A stretch of 64,000 nt of DNA from Bacteroidota bacterium (GTDB taxonomy: Bacteria; Bacteroidota; Ignavibacteria; UBA10030; UBA8401): NCBI GenBank assembly GCA_028749215.1, contig JAQUOA010000001.1, positions 7,379-71,378 of the forward strand, in the 5' to 3' direction. A program made the translations under genes and the position numbers. Shown here in pieces: positions 11,015 through 23,034 of the stretch (its first letter is position 1; each line of letters starts with the position of its first letter). The notes under the pieces were generated by a model. It made no database searches, had not been told where the DNA came from, and saw only the letters and a list, made by a program, of their open reading frames with translations.

Positions 11015-13183
11015 TCAGAAATTATAACTCAAACCTATGGAACCAACAATATTTTGAGGTAATCCCGGTTCCAGATAAATAGCTTCAGCCTTAGCTGCAC
11101 TTACGCGTCCATAATCTGGATTGATATAAGCAGAAGAAGTATATTTTTGATCAGTAATATTATTTACTGATATAAACGCTTTGAGCAAAAGGTTATCAAG
11201 AAATTTTATTGGACGAGAATATCCAACAGCAGCGTTCATAATTGTGTACGATCCAACCACTAATTTATTAGCATCGTCAGTAAAATAGCTTCCTATGCTT
11301 TGTGAAGCTACTTCAGCATATAAACCCTCAGCAAATGGAAAGTCGTTCCGTAATCGTATATTCACTACTGAGTTTGGAATTCCCACGACATCATTATCTT
11401 TATAACTGAGAAATTTTCCGCTTAAATTTAAGTCAACCGAATTTTGAGTGAAGACAGAATCAATGGTGTATTTCACATACTTATTTCTGGAAAGTGTCAA
11501 TGCTGCACTCATTGAAAAACCATAATCGAATTGTGCTGATATTCCAAACTCCATCCCAATTCGCCGAGTTTCTCCGGCTGTGAGATAAAACCTTCCATTC
11601 CGATATGGAACAATGTCATTTGTTGTCGAAATCAAATACAATGCAAGATCATACGAAGCATTCTTGATGAGTGTGTGATCAAGCGACAAGAATTGTTTTG
11701 TTCCGACCTCGTACGTTGTAGATACAATCGGTTCAAGCAACGGATTAATACTGCGCGCCTTTACCTGTCCATCGGCAGGATCGGTCTCATTATTTGCAGG
11801 GACTTCAACTCCCCCGCCGAGTGAAACATAAATGCTGTGAGTGGGAGTTATCCGATACACAACACCAATTTTTGGGGTAATTTTTGTGAATGACTTTTGG
11901 TCTGATAATCCAGTCGGCGTAACATAATTTTCAGCATAATAGGTAATGTTGTCGTGTCGACCACCAAGTGAAAAAATAATATTATCATTCAAAACCAATT
12001 CTTCCTGGATGAAGCCGCCGAAACTATTTGCACCTTCGCGTTTATTATCCGCAAGAATTGAATCACGTTGACCATTTTTTAAGCCATAAAACAAAATAGA
12101 GCCATCTTGGTACGCTTCGTCCGCACCTACTGTAGTTGCAATGCTAATCTTATCACTTACCTCGGTGTGATTTCTGTAAATGAAGCTTCCGCCAACATGG
12201 TATCGGGTAAAATCTCTAAACGTATTGCGTTCTGAACGCTGAAGATATTTGGGGTTAATATATGTCGTAGCTGTAATTTCATTTGTTTCATTTAGAGAGT
12301 GGGTCAACGAAATTCCAAGGCGTCCCAATCTGTTAAAGCGCCGTTCGTCACGTTCAACATAGCTTGGTTTGTAATAACTTGTATCCGCTTGTGCTTGCAT
12401 GGGGTTTGCGTTAAACTGTGAGAGAGAAAGAGGGCCGGGAATATGAAAGACATTTGTTGTTCCGATCAAGAAAACACCTATATGCGTTTTTTCTCCTAAC
12501 GCGCCAACAATCCCTGTACTGAACAACGTTTGTGTGCTGCTTGAATGGTTTCTCCAGCCATTAGAATTTGTATTGCTGATATTCAAAAAATATTTTCCTG
12601 TTCCAATGTTGGCACCCACTTGAAGTATGCTTTTTTGGAAACCAAAACTGCCTGCGTATGTTTGCACAGAGACAAAAGGATGATCAAATGTTGTGTTGGA
12701 TGAAACACTTACTAATCCACCAGCCGCATTTCCCCATAGAGCTGAAGAATTCGATCGCACTACTTCAATCTTATTCATTGTGCTTACATCAAGTAGATCA
12801 AATGAAGTTCGGCCATCCGGTTCTGTTTCAGGAAATCCATCAAGCAAAATCCTAATTCCTCTTGAAGTGCCAGAATTTGACCGCTCACCCGCACCACGCG
12901 CTCCAAATCCTCGTATGGTAATACGAATATCCTGATTTCCATAACGCGATTGTGCGAAAACCCCAGGAATATTTGCAAGCGCTTCGTCTAAACCATATCC
13001 CTTTCCTTTTGTAAAATCTTTTGAGGATACCACCGAAATTGCGAGAGGTTCTTTCATTGAAGTTGAAGTTTTTCGTGTCGCATTAATTTCAACTCCCGAG
13101 AGAATAAATGTTGTATCCTTTTCTTGGCCAAACAAAATATTTTGTAGTGTCACAAGAAAAAATATCGTGAGGTATTTTTTCAT
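11015..13183 (-). CDS. TonB-dependent outer-membrane receptor
   Basis: The 722-aa ORF has a signal peptide, an N-terminal plug region with a TonB-box-like segment (DTTFILSGVEINATR), a long beta-barrel and a C-terminal ...GLSYNF aromatic end. Confidence 0.85.
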   Translation of the reverse strand: MKKYLTIFFLVTLQNILFGQEKDTTFILSGVEINATRKTSTSMKEPLAISVVSSKDFTKGKGYGLDEALANIPGVFAQSRYGNQDIRITIRGFGARGAGERSNSGTSRGIRILLDGFPETEPDGRTSFDLLDVSTMNKIEVVRSNSSALWGNAAGGLVSVSSNTTFDHPFVSVQTYAGSFGFQKSILQVGANIGTGKYFLNISNTNSNGWRNHSSSTQTLFSTGIVGALGEKTHIGVFLIGTTNVFHIPGPLSLSQFNANPMQAQADTSYYKPSYVERDERRFNRLGRLGISLTHSLNETNEITATTYINPKYLQRSERNTFRDFTRYHVGGSFIYRNHTEVSDKISIATTVGADEAYQDGSILFYGLKNGQRDSILADNKREGANSFGGFIQEELVLNDNIIFSLGGRHDNITYYAENYVTPTGLSDQKSFTKITPKIGVVYRITPTHSIYVSLGGGVEVPANNETDPADGQVKARSINPLLEPIVSTTYEVGTKQFLSLDHTLIKNASYDLALYLISTTNDIVPYRNGRFYLTAGETRRIGMEFGISAQFDYGFSMSAALTLSRNKYVKYTIDSVFTQNSVDLNLSGKFLSYKDNDVVGIPNSVVNIRLRNDFPFAEGLYAEVASQSIGSYFTDDANKLVVGSYTIMNAAVGYSRPIKFLDNLLLKAFISVNNITDQKYTSSAYINPDYGRVSAAKAEAIYLEPGLPQNIVGSIGLSYNF

Positions 13184-13621
13184 ATATATCCTAAATAAAA
13201 GTGAATCCCTTTCACCATTTTCACAGTGAGTGATTGTAAAAAAACATGCTATTTAAGAATACACAGGGGGTGATTTGTCTCGTATGAGTTGGTAAGGAAA
13301 ATAGTACTGATGAAAAAAGCAGCGATTGAAAGGTACATAAAGAAGAAGGGTAATCTTTTCAATAGTATTTACAACAAATGCTTGAGGCGCATTTTCTTTG
13401 TCAAAAGTTTCCCAATTTATTGACGGCGTAGCAATGGAAGGTGAATTAAAAAGCTGTCGGTGATTTTCGAGATATTCACGCTCATCAAATTCACACTGAA
13501 AAGAAAAATAATTTGCCGCAAGGACAAACGCTATGCATTGTACGAACGATAAACGTTTTATAAAACTAAAGAGATGCAGTTTTACTGCATCCCGTCCAGC
13601 TATAAGGAATATTCGATTCAA

Positions 13622-16600
13622 TTACTTAATGACCATCATTTTTTTGATTTCGGCAAATGTGCCTGCGGAAAGCTTATAGAAATAGACACCGCTGGCTAGT
13701 TGAGACGCATCAAAATATTCTTGATGCACACCGGGCGATCTCCATCCGTCAGCAAGAGTCGATATTTCTTTTCCAAGAGCATCGTACACTTTCAACGTAA
13801 CATGCGATCCTTGCGGGATGCCATAACGAATAGTTGTTACAGGATTGAACGGGTTTGGATAGTTCTGTTCAAGTGAAAACGTTGCGGGAATAATTTCTTT
13901 CGCTTGAGGTCGAACATCAGCAACTGCGTCAGGATTTAGTGCGATGGCAAGAATATTTGATTTTCCCAACGAACCTTTTTCAACGATAGCCGCATTTGAT
14001 GTATCTATCAAGACAAGTTTGTTAATAGCCGATCCGGTTCCTGTTAATCCATACAGCTTTCCATTTTTGTCAAATAGAATGTCAGCGATTGCATTATTCG
14101 TATTTCCAACGCTTGTGGCAACACCGGTAATTGTGTTGACCTTAAACAAAGAATCGTTTGTACCAAAGAATGCACGGTTTGTCATCCACAATGTTCCATT
14201 GATTGGATTTCTTGCCAGTGAACCTACCCGTAAATCGGTATTCAGTCCAAATTGAAAAGCCTGACCTGTGTTGATATTCACGCGGTCCAATGCGCCGTTT
14301 GGCAATCCCATAAAAACAATTGAATCGTTTTCGAAAGCCAGACCCTTGAAGCCCAAAATGTTGGTTGTTGAAAATTGAACAGTATTGCCAACCGTGCTGC
14401 TGACACGGTAAAAGGCACCGCCACTCTGCGCTCCAGTTTGATCATATCCTATCAATTCTTTCGTTGATGGATGAACGCGCATCGCAGTAATTTGTGGCTG
14501 ATCTAACGGTCCTATTAAGGTTGCAACTCCATCGGAAGAATTGATTGCGTACAATTTTTTTCCGTCAAGCGTCCCTGAAACTCCATACATAATACCCGGT
14601 TGTGACATCGTAACAAAAAGTCCAACTCCAGACAAATTGATCACTCGTTTTGAATTATTGGGATCATTTGAGGCAAAAACAATTGAATCTTGAAGAGCCC
14701 CCGTTATTGTTGGTTTAAAAAATATTTTTAATGCCAATGTTCCTCCGCCCGGAATTTTTATTGGAGTTATTGGAATATTTAAAATATTAAAGTTCGTGGC
14801 GGGTATACTACTTGCTGATAAGGTCAATGTATCTAAACCGTCATTATAGATGGTAGCCTCAGTAGTATCACTGGATATGTTGAGCAGCTTGGATCCAAAA
14901 TTTAGATTAGATTTGTCTAACGAAAAAATTACGCCAGGCTGGATCCCAATTTTTGTTTTCGCAACCCAAGTTGACCATTTATTTTGAGTTGCAGCAAATT
15001 CTGTATGCGACCAAATTGTATTTCCATTTACCGGATCAAGTCCAATACCCATATAATCTCCCCATCGATTTCTCTTTGCTCCAAAGTCTACGATATAATT
15101 TCCCTTCCCCTCGTGCATTGGAACACTTGAAGAAAGACCAGGCGGATCACTTTTCTTTCGACTTGATAAAAATGCACCAATATACTCTCCAAGTCCAGAC
15201 CGGCTAAATGTCACAAGAACATTCTCATCTTTATCAACCATGAGGGATGCCCAGCTATGCCAGTAGCCGGTTAAGCCAAGTGCGGCATCTTCAATTACTT
15301 TTCCGGTAAAAGGATTTATTTTAACATATCTCACCGCGGAATAAACATTTCCAGGCCCACTTGCGATGCAGTGCACAGCCCACAATGAACTATCCCTATA
15401 AATTGGATTTGATCGAATATTTTTTCCACCAGATTCAATCAAAAGTGCTCCGCTTCCTTCTAGTTGGTCACTATTAACTGGAGATGAATATTGAGTTACG
15501 GGGACGTTATTGACATCAATTGTTGGTGACGGTCCGCCGGGATTGGAAACCTTCCAAAGCGTTATATAATTAGCTGGTGAACCATTTGGTGTGTTTAAAA
15601 GAAATGCTGTTGATGTTTGTGAATAAGAATTATATGGACGCAAACCATCAACCGGGTTGAGTGTTGCTGGGTCGAGAAAATTCCAAAAATCTTTATACTG
15701 CAGTTGACTGGCGGTGTTTGCATATAAATCAGTTTTAGAAAATATTCTCAGTTTACTATAATTGAAACCATTATTAGCTAAACTAAACTGTCGTGAAGTA
15801 AGATACACAGCAACACTATCATAACTCAACGCAGGATAATCTCCCCAATTACCGGTTATAGAATCACCAAGCATTAAAGCAGAGGTGCTCCACATATACC
15901 ATGTTCCCATAGCATTGCTATCTGCCGACACTGCAATAAAGTGGCGATGATCCGTTGTTGTCGGATTGGACATCCACACCATCACGAATCTCTTAGCATA
16001 ATGATCATAGAGAATCTGGGGGTCGTTAGGATTTGTTCCGGGTCCGATCGAATTTAAAAAATTTTGTGCGGCGATTGTTTTTAATGCAGTTCCATTTTTA
16101 TCAAAAATTCTAAAGGATGAATTTACCATGACGATAACATGATTTGGTCCCACAGCCATAATCGGGTCGGGTGGAATTGAATTCGTCATCGGGATACCTT
16201 CGTGAGACGATAAAATTACGGGCCGGCTTATTGATGTTTGAAGTGAGCTTTTATCTTCAATATAATTTTCTCCCTCAAGTGCCAACGGCTCAACTTTTGA
16301 TTTTTTAAATCTTAGCCACGGTTTAATAACTTCACTGTGCTTTTCTTCCAACTCAGGATTTTTTGGAATAAATTTTTCCTGTGTTTCATCTGCTTTGGGG
16401 AAAATTACTGGAAAGCTGCCTATCAATACCGATGTTCCACTTGCAACAGTGCCAGATTTCGGTCCTAGAACATATTGAGGTGTTAATCCTTCAAAAGCAT
16501 CAAACACCAAATCACCGCCGGTTGGAACTCCACCGCTTGTTCCTCCGCCACCCCATTCTCCAACAAGAATATAATATGTGGTACCATTTTTAACCTTCAT

Positions 16601-16981
16601 GTAAATCTCGGATTGTCGTGTTCCATGGGCATCATCATTACACGCCGCCTCCGTAAAATTGCCGCACGTGCCGACAAATACACCGAGCATGATGTCATAA
16701 TCAGCAGTCGGTGTGCTACCAATCGTGCTAAAATACATACCCGTATCCTTTGTTGCTGTAAATTTAAACCAAATAGTTTTGCCACTACTTGAACTGTCGT
16801 TGCAAGATATTTTAGGATCAGTCACATTCGGAGTTGCCAAGCGAGTATTTTGAGTAGTGTGGTATGGAAGAGATCCAATGACGGTGGCAGTTGAACATTC
16901 ATCATTTGATGCTTGTCCAAATAGTATAATTGAAAATATTGTTGTCGCCAAACATATTTGTAAAATTTGTCTCATCAGCAT
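13622..16981 (-). CDS. Large secreted T9SS cargo protein (1119 aa). It has a pre-peptidase-C-terminal-like N-domain, beta-propeller-like repeats and a T9SS type A C-terminal sorting domain.
   Basis: There is a signal peptide (MLMRQILQICLATTIFSIILFGQ). The N-terminal region resembles a PPC/bacterial pre-peptidase domain (DYDIMLGVFVGTCGNFTEAACNDD...YYILVGEWGGGG). The C-terminus is a canonical Por_Secre_tail (NYPNPFNPVTTIRYGIPQGSHVTLKVYDALGKEISTLADG...SGVYFYKLSAGTFAEIKKMMVIK). Confidence 0.85.
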   Translation of the reverse strand: MLMRQILQICLATTIFSIILFGQASNDECSTATVIGSLPYHTTQNTRLATPNVTDPKISCNDSSSSGKTIWFKFTATKDTGMYFSTIGSTPTADYDIMLGVFVGTCGNFTEAACNDDAHGTRQSEIYMKVKNGTTYYILVGEWGGGGTSGGVPTGGDLVFDAFEGLTPQYVLGPKSGTVASGTSVLIGSFPVIFPKADETQEKFIPKNPELEEKHSEVIKPWLRFKKSKVEPLALEGENYIEDKSSLQTSISRPVILSSHEGIPMTNSIPPDPIMAVGPNHVIVMVNSSFRIFDKNGTALKTIAAQNFLNSIGPGTNPNDPQILYDHYAKRFVMVWMSNPTTTDHRHFIAVSADSNAMGTWYMWSTSALMLGDSITGNWGDYPALSYDSVAVYLTSRQFSLANNGFNYSKLRIFSKTDLYANTASQLQYKDFWNFLDPATLNPVDGLRPYNSYSQTSTAFLLNTPNGSPANYITLWKVSNPGGPSPTIDVNNVPVTQYSSPVNSDQLEGSGALLIESGGKNIRSNPIYRDSSLWAVHCIASGPGNVYSAVRYVKINPFTGKVIEDAALGLTGYWHSWASLMVDKDENVLVTFSRSGLGEYIGAFLSSRKKSDPPGLSSSVPMHEGKGNYIVDFGAKRNRWGDYMGIGLDPVNGNTIWSHTEFAATQNKWSTWVAKTKIGIQPGVIFSLDKSNLNFGSKLLNISSDTTEATIYNDGLDTLTLSASSIPATNFNILNIPITPIKIPGGGTLALKIFFKPTITGALQDSIVFASNDPNNSKRVINLSGVGLFVTMSQPGIMYGVSGTLDGKKLYAINSSDGVATLIGPLDQPQITAMRVHPSTKELIGYDQTGAQSGGAFYRVSSTVGNTVQFSTTNILGFKGLAFENDSIVFMGLPNGALDRVNINTGQAFQFGLNTDLRVGSLARNPINGTLWMTNRAFFGTNDSLFKVNTITGVATSVGNTNNAIADILFDKNGKLYGLTGTGSAINKLVLIDTSNAAIVEKGSLGKSNILAIALNPDAVADVRPQAKEIIPATFSLEQNYPNPFNPVTTIRYGIPQGSHVTLKVYDALGKEISTLADGWRSPGVHQEYFDASQLASGVYFYKLSAGTFAEIKKMMVIK

Positions 16982-17075
16982 CCTACTTTTTTCGATACCT
17001 CATGAAGTGCGAAGTCTCCAGCGCGAATAAAATGAAATTTGTCAATACCATCTAAATTTAATTTCGCAAGCAATT

Positions 17076-18380
17076 TTAAATGCCGTAAATCTCTCTAAGT
17101 AATGTAGCAAGATGGATCACCTGAGTTCCCAAGTTTCTTGTTTTACAGCCATAGGCAATCTGAGTGATGCATCCCGGATTAGTTGTAACTATATATTCTG
17201 GGTTTGCCGATAGGATATTTTCCATCTTTCTATCAAGAATTTTCATTGAATCGGAATAATTGACAACGTTATAAATACCCGCACTACCACAACACCAAGA
17301 CGCCTCATTTAGTTCTATATATTGAATTCCCGGAATTGATTGGATTATTTCCCGCGGCTCCTTATAAATCTTTTGCGCATGGATTAAATGACAGGCATCA
17401 TGATACGTAACTCGTTTGGTGAACTTTCTTTCCGTCTTTTTTAACCCGATACCAATAAGAAATTCCGATAAATCTTTTACTTTGTTCGATAGCTTTTGAG
17501 CTTTTTGGAAGTATTTCGGATCGTCTTTAAGGTATTCCCCATACTCTTTCATTAACGCACCACATCCCGCTGAATTCATTACAATTGCATCCAAGTCATA
17601 TCCTGAAAAAACATCCACGTTTTTTTTTGCAAGCTCGCGTGCGATTTCAAAATCACCGTTATGAGCCTGCAAAGAGCCGCAGCAAACTTGCTCTTTGGGA
17701 ATAATCACTTCACAATCATGATGCAGTAACACTTTAATTGTATCTTCATTGATCTTTGCAAAAGCTACATTCATCAAACATCCCGACAAAAATCCAATCC
17801 GGTATTTCGAAACACCGTTGGGCTTTAAGATTTCAGGATGCTGTTCATCAAAAAATAATTTGTCAACTCGAGGAGAAAGTTTTTGAAGCTGCACTAATTT
17901 TGAAACAAAAAAATAGATGATTTTATTCTTTTGAATAATTTTTTCTACAATACTGTTTTGATAAAGCCGTAAAATTTTTGCGGTAATCTTTAACCATCGT
18001 GTGTTTGAAATTACTGTTGTCAAAAAAATCTTTTTAAGGTATTTTTCGAGAAACGACTGCTTGTTCAAAAGACGAATTTGATTTCGAGCGCTTTCAACCA
18101 AGGAACCATATTTCACTCCGGCAGGACATGAAGTTTCGCATGCTTGACAATCTAAACAAAAATTCATCTCTTCGATGAACCCATCCGTCACATCCAACGT
18201 TCCTTCAGCCACAGCTTTTATTAATCGAATTCTACCGCGCGGAGATGATTTTTCCCTGCCGGTAATTGCGTAGGTAGGACATACAGGTAAGCACAAACCA
18301 CAATGCATGCAGTTTGTAATGACATCGTTGCTTGGGATATCTGTCTCGAGGAAAAAATTGTTCGGCCTGACTGTGGTCAT
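17076..18380 (-). CDS. Fe-S oxidoreductase, GlcF/LutA-like, with two 4Fe-4S ferredoxin motifs and CCG domains
   Basis: The 434-aa ORF has CxxCxxCxxxCP motifs (CMHCGLCLPVCP; CLDCQACETSCP) and cysteine-rich CCG repeats. It overlaps the upstream FAD oxidase gene by 4 nt. Confidence 0.8.
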   Translation of the reverse strand: MTTVRPNNFFLETDIPSNDVITNCMHCGLCLPVCPTYAITGREKSSPRGRIRLIKAVAEGTLDVTDGFIEEMNFCLDCQACETSCPAGVKYGSLVESARNQIRLLNKQSFLEKYLKKIFLTTVISNTRWLKITAKILRLYQNSIVEKIIQKNKIIYFFVSKLVQLQKLSPRVDKLFFDEQHPEILKPNGVSKYRIGFLSGCLMNVAFAKINEDTIKVLLHHDCEVIIPKEQVCCGSLQAHNGDFEIARELAKKNVDVFSGYDLDAIVMNSAGCGALMKEYGEYLKDDPKYFQKAQKLSNKVKDLSEFLIGIGLKKTERKFTKRVTYHDACHLIHAQKIYKEPREIIQSIPGIQYIELNEASWCCGSAGIYNVVNYSDSMKILDRKMENILSANPEYIVTTNPGCITQIAYGCKTRNLGTQVIHLATLLREIYGI

Positions 18381-19795
18381 AGGTCAAACACTTTTCCGGG
18401 ATTCAGAATATTATTAGGATCAAGTGCCCGCTTAATGGTCCGCATAGTTTCAATTGCCGTATATCCCGAAACAAGATGGAGAAATTTTTTCTTTGCTAAA
18501 CCTGTGCCGTGTTCACCGGTAATCGTTCCCCCCAACTTTATGGCTTCAACGAAAATTTCTTCGTAGGCCTTTTCTGCTCGTCCAATTTCTTCATAATTTC
18601 TTTCATCCGTCAGACATGTTGGATGTAAATTGCCATCCCCCGCGTGGCCAAATGTGCCAATCTGGATGTCATACTTTTTAGAGATAACTTGAATTTTTTC
18701 GAGCATGACAGCAACAGAACTGCGAGGAACAGTAATATCTTCGAGAATTGTGGTGGGTTTGGTTCGAGCCAGTGCAGAAAATGCAGATCGTCTCGCTGTT
18801 TTCAATCTCATTGCTTCTTCTTCTGTCCCAGCAATCTTTATTTCAATTGCGTTATTCCTTTTGCAACACTCCACAACTTTAGCCGCTTCTTCTTCTACAA
18901 CAACAGGATGTCCATCTACTTCCAATAACAACAAAGACTCTATATCAGTAGGTAACCCAAGTTTCGCAAAATCCTCAACGCACCGAATGGTCGTCTTATC
19001 TAAGAATTCTACTGTAGCAGGAATGATTTTTTGTGCAATAATTGCCGAGACAGTTTTTCCGGCATCAGACTGCGTGTTAAAGTACGCAAGCATCGTTTTA
19101 CTTGTCTGCGGTTTAGGAATAAGTTTCAATAAAATTCTCGTAAAAATGCCAAGCGTTCCTTCGGAGCCGATGAAAAAATCTTTCAAATTATATCCTGCAA
19201 CATCTTTTACGTTCTTTCCTCCACAGATAATAATTTCTCCATTCGGTAAGACTACCTCTAGACCCATCACATAGTTTTTCGTGACGCCGTATTTTAATCC
19301 CCGAAGTCCGCCTGAATTTTCTGCTACATTACCGCCGATAGTACAAATATTCATGCTGCCGGGATCCGGCGGGTAAAATAAACCAATTTTTTCTACTTCT
19401 TGATGCAGTTGAGAAGTAATTACTCCGGGTTCAACCCATGCCGTTAAGTTCTCCGTGTCTATTTCTAGTATTTTATTCCATTGAGACATATCAAGAACAA
19501 TGCAGTTTTCAACAGGGATAGATCCCCCGCTCAGTCCCGTGCCCGCACCTCGAGGTACAATAGAAAAGTGCTCTTTGTTGGCAAGCTTAACAATGTGAGA
19601 AATTTGTTCCTTATTAGTCGGACGAATAATAGCGTCCGGAAGATGTTCGAGAAGTGGAGTTCCATCGTATGAATATGTTATTTTGTCCTCTTGCGACGTA
19701 TAGAAATTTTTGTTTTCAACAATTGAAGAGAGCTGTTTTAGAACACTTGATTTTATCATTACGCCATCCGTCCGTGAGTTCAAGTCGGTATGCAA
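18377..19795 (-). CDS. FAD-linked oxidase, GlcD / D-lactate dehydrogenase family
   Basis: The 472-aa ORF has an FAD-binding PCMH-type domain (VPRGAGTGLSGGSIP) and a C-terminal FAD-oxidase domain. It forms a two-gene operon with the Fe-S subunit. Confidence 0.85.
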   Translation of the reverse strand: MHTDLNSRTDGVMIKSSVLKQLSSIVENKNFYTSQEDKITYSYDGTPLLEHLPDAIIRPTNKEQISHIVKLANKEHFSIVPRGAGTGLSGGSIPVENCIVLDMSQWNKILEIDTENLTAWVEPGVITSQLHQEVEKIGLFYPPDPGSMNICTIGGNVAENSGGLRGLKYGVTKNYVMGLEVVLPNGEIIICGGKNVKDVAGYNLKDFFIGSEGTLGIFTRILLKLIPKPQTSKTMLAYFNTQSDAGKTVSAIIAQKIIPATVEFLDKTTIRCVEDFAKLGLPTDIESLLLLEVDGHPVVVEEEAAKVVECCKRNNAIEIKIAGTEEEAMRLKTARRSAFSALARTKPTTILEDITVPRSSVAVMLEKIQVISKKYDIQIGTFGHAGDGNLHPTCLTDERNYEEIGRAEKAYEEIFVEAIKLGGTITGEHGTGLAKKKFLHLVSGYTAIETMRTIKRALDPNNILNPGKVFDL

Positions 19796-19855
19796 AAGAC
19801 TGCATTGTTAATCAGCAAAGTTTCAATATATTTAGCCGTGCAACTAACACGATAA

Positions 19856-21283
<1,428 letters not shown>

Positions 21284-21284
21284 A

Positions 21285-21326
21285 ATAAAAAATGACCGTC
21301 ACGACTAAGGTGACGGTCATTTACTT
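21285..21326. terminator. Bidirectional rho-independent terminator between the convergent tpl and OMP genes
   Basis: An 11-bp perfect stem atgaccgtcac/gtgacggtcat (21293-21303 / 21311-21321) with a 7-nt loop has an A-run on the 5' side and a T-rich tract on the 3' side. Confidence 0.6.
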
Positions 21327-21332
21327 AAACAA

Positions 21333-22109
21333 TTACCAGCCGAAAAATCCAAACATAATTCCCGCATTGATCGTGTATCCATTGGCTTTTATTTTCGATG
21401 GAACACCGTCAAGCGTGAATTTGTCATCAAGCTTCCAATCCGGACTGAAGAAAATCGGATATCCTGCACCTACACGTAACTGCAGCCATGTCAGAAGCGT
21501 ATATTCCACACTTACGTGAGGATTAAAAACACCAAATGATCCTGTAAGATGTCTTGTATAATTTCCTGATGCACTACTTACATCTCCATATTTATTCCAC
21601 AAATCGGTCCAATCTTTAAAGGATCCGTCGTCGCGAGTCATCCTAACGTTAATACTGCCGCCTCCAATTGAAGCACCAAGAGCAACATCTACTTTGTATG
21701 TTACCGGAACCACATAGTCGACTAAAAAACCGCCGTACGAAATTCCATATTCCACTTCTTTCTTAAGAGTACCGCCCCCACTATTTTGCAGCAAACTTAC
21801 GGTTCGAGACCCACTGACACCAAAACCACCCATGCGGACATTTTTTATAAACATAATATATCCATACCCTTCGCCACCTATTAAATACACCGGATCTGTG
21901 CCAAGTTTAGGAAGTCCGGCATTTCCCAAGAACTTATCAAGTCCGGCATTGTCAAACATCGTAACAATTGGAGTCACTCCACCAGCTCCTCCTATCTTTG
22001 TCCGAAGAGGGTGAGAATATTCCTTTTCGGGTTCAGTTCCTTCTTCTTGCGCAAAAAGTGGAATTGAAAATACTACAATGACAAAAAAAAATGAAAATAA
22101 TTTTTTCAT
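21333..22109 (-). CDS. Small outer-membrane beta-barrel protein (OmpA-like/porin-like), hypothetical
   Basis: The start is moved from the ORF-track Met (22145) to the internal Met that begins a signal peptide (MKKLFSFFFVIVVFSIPLFAQ). The protein has alternating hydrophobic beta-strand pattern, is Gly/Tyr-rich, and ends ...GFFGW. Confidence 0.6.
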   Translation of the reverse strand: MKKLFSFFFVIVVFSIPLFAQEEGTEPEKEYSHPLRTKIGGAGGVTPIVTMFDNAGLDKFLGNAGLPKLGTDPVYLIGGEGYGYIMFIKNVRMGGFGVSGSRTVSLLQNSGGGTLKKEVEYGISYGGFLVDYVVPVTYKVDVALGASIGGGSINVRMTRDDGSFKDWTDLWNKYGDVSSASGNYTRHLTGSFGVFNPHVSVEYTLLTWLQLRVGAGYPIFFSPDWKLDDKFTLDGVPSKIKANGYTINAGIMFGFFGW

Positions 22110-22195
22110 CGGGATCTCCACATAATTATGTAAATGGTAATACACCAGATTAGGTTACGAAAGAACGAAAAAAGAGTTTCATTTCAAAAAGAATT

Positions 22196-22792
22196 TTACA
22201 AACCTAATGCTGTCGAATTTGATTTCAACGCAGTCAGGATAAATTGAATATGGTCATCCAACGGTATACCCAATTCACTGGCGCCGTTAATAATATCTTC
22301 CCTGCTTACATTTCGTGCAAACGCTTTATCCTTAAGTTTTTTCTTGACTGAAAGAACTTCAACCGATGCAATGCGTTTGTCTGGCTTCACTAAAGCGCAG
22401 GCAACAAGAAAGCCACATAATTCATCGCAGGCAAAAAGGGTTTTTGCAAGATTGGAAGTTCGGGGCACATTGGTATAACTCGCGTGTCCAAGGATTGCAA
22501 TTCGCATTTCCTCGGGATATCCTTTTGAAGCTAAAATTTCAGAGCCCCTTATCGGATGGTCCGGCGGATTGGGGAATTTTTCATAGTCGAAATCATGAAG
22601 TAACCCGGTTATTCCCCAAAGCTCTTCATCGGCGTTATTTTTTTTTGCATATGCACGCAGAGCGGTTTCAACGCACAGCATATGCTTTCGCAAACTTTCA
22701 CTTTGCGTATACTCATGCATCAATGTAAGTGCATCATTTCGATCAAGCGGCATGATAGTTTTTACCCTTCGTAATAATAACAGTTTATACAC
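22196..22792 (-). CDS. HD-domain metal-dependent phosphohydrolase
   Basis: The 198-aa ORF has an HD motif (GLLHDFDYEKF ... ILGHASY). Confidence 0.75.
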   Translation of the reverse strand: MYKLLLLRRVKTIMPLDRNDALTLMHEYTQSESLRKHMLCVETALRAYAKKNNADEELWGITGLLHDFDYEKFPNPPDHPIRGSEILASKGYPEEMRIAILGHASYTNVPRTSNLAKTLFACDELCGFLVACALVKPDKRIASVEVLSVKKKLKDKAFARNVSREDIINGASELGIPLDDHIQFILTALKSNSTALGL

Positions 22793-23034
22793 AAATAAAA
22801 TTATGTAGAAATTTATTGTCGCTCAAAATTGTTGGTTGACAATTTTGCCAAAAGAAAATCACGCTTGTGTTGCAGCTTTATCAACAGCCAAACTTAACAG
22901 GGCAATTAAAGCTGTTCGAATATCCTCTTTTTGTGTTGAAATTTCCAGTACAAATAAGATAACATTCTCCGAAAATATTTCAGAAGGAAAGTCAAAATAG
23001 TAGCAAACTCAAATAAAAAATTTTGAAAAAGGCT

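Noticed and set aside
13253-13621. A 122-aa minus-strand ORF between the T9SS cargo gene and the TonB-dependent receptor
   Set aside because: Its composition is not protein-like (clusters of C/F/Y/H/Q, FFHQYYFPYQLIRDKSPPVYS) and it has no motif. It is more likely part of a long 5' leader of the receptor gene. It is retained only as a regulatory-leader hypothesis in the findings.
13184-13621. A possible cobalamin riboswitch upstream of the TonB-dependent receptor
   Set aside because: I looked for a B12-box-like core (GCCACTG-type) and the conserved GGTG...AGGGAA elements on the reverse strand. I found only a loose gtgaaaatggtgaaaggga segment and no B12 box, so the evidence is insufficient to call it.
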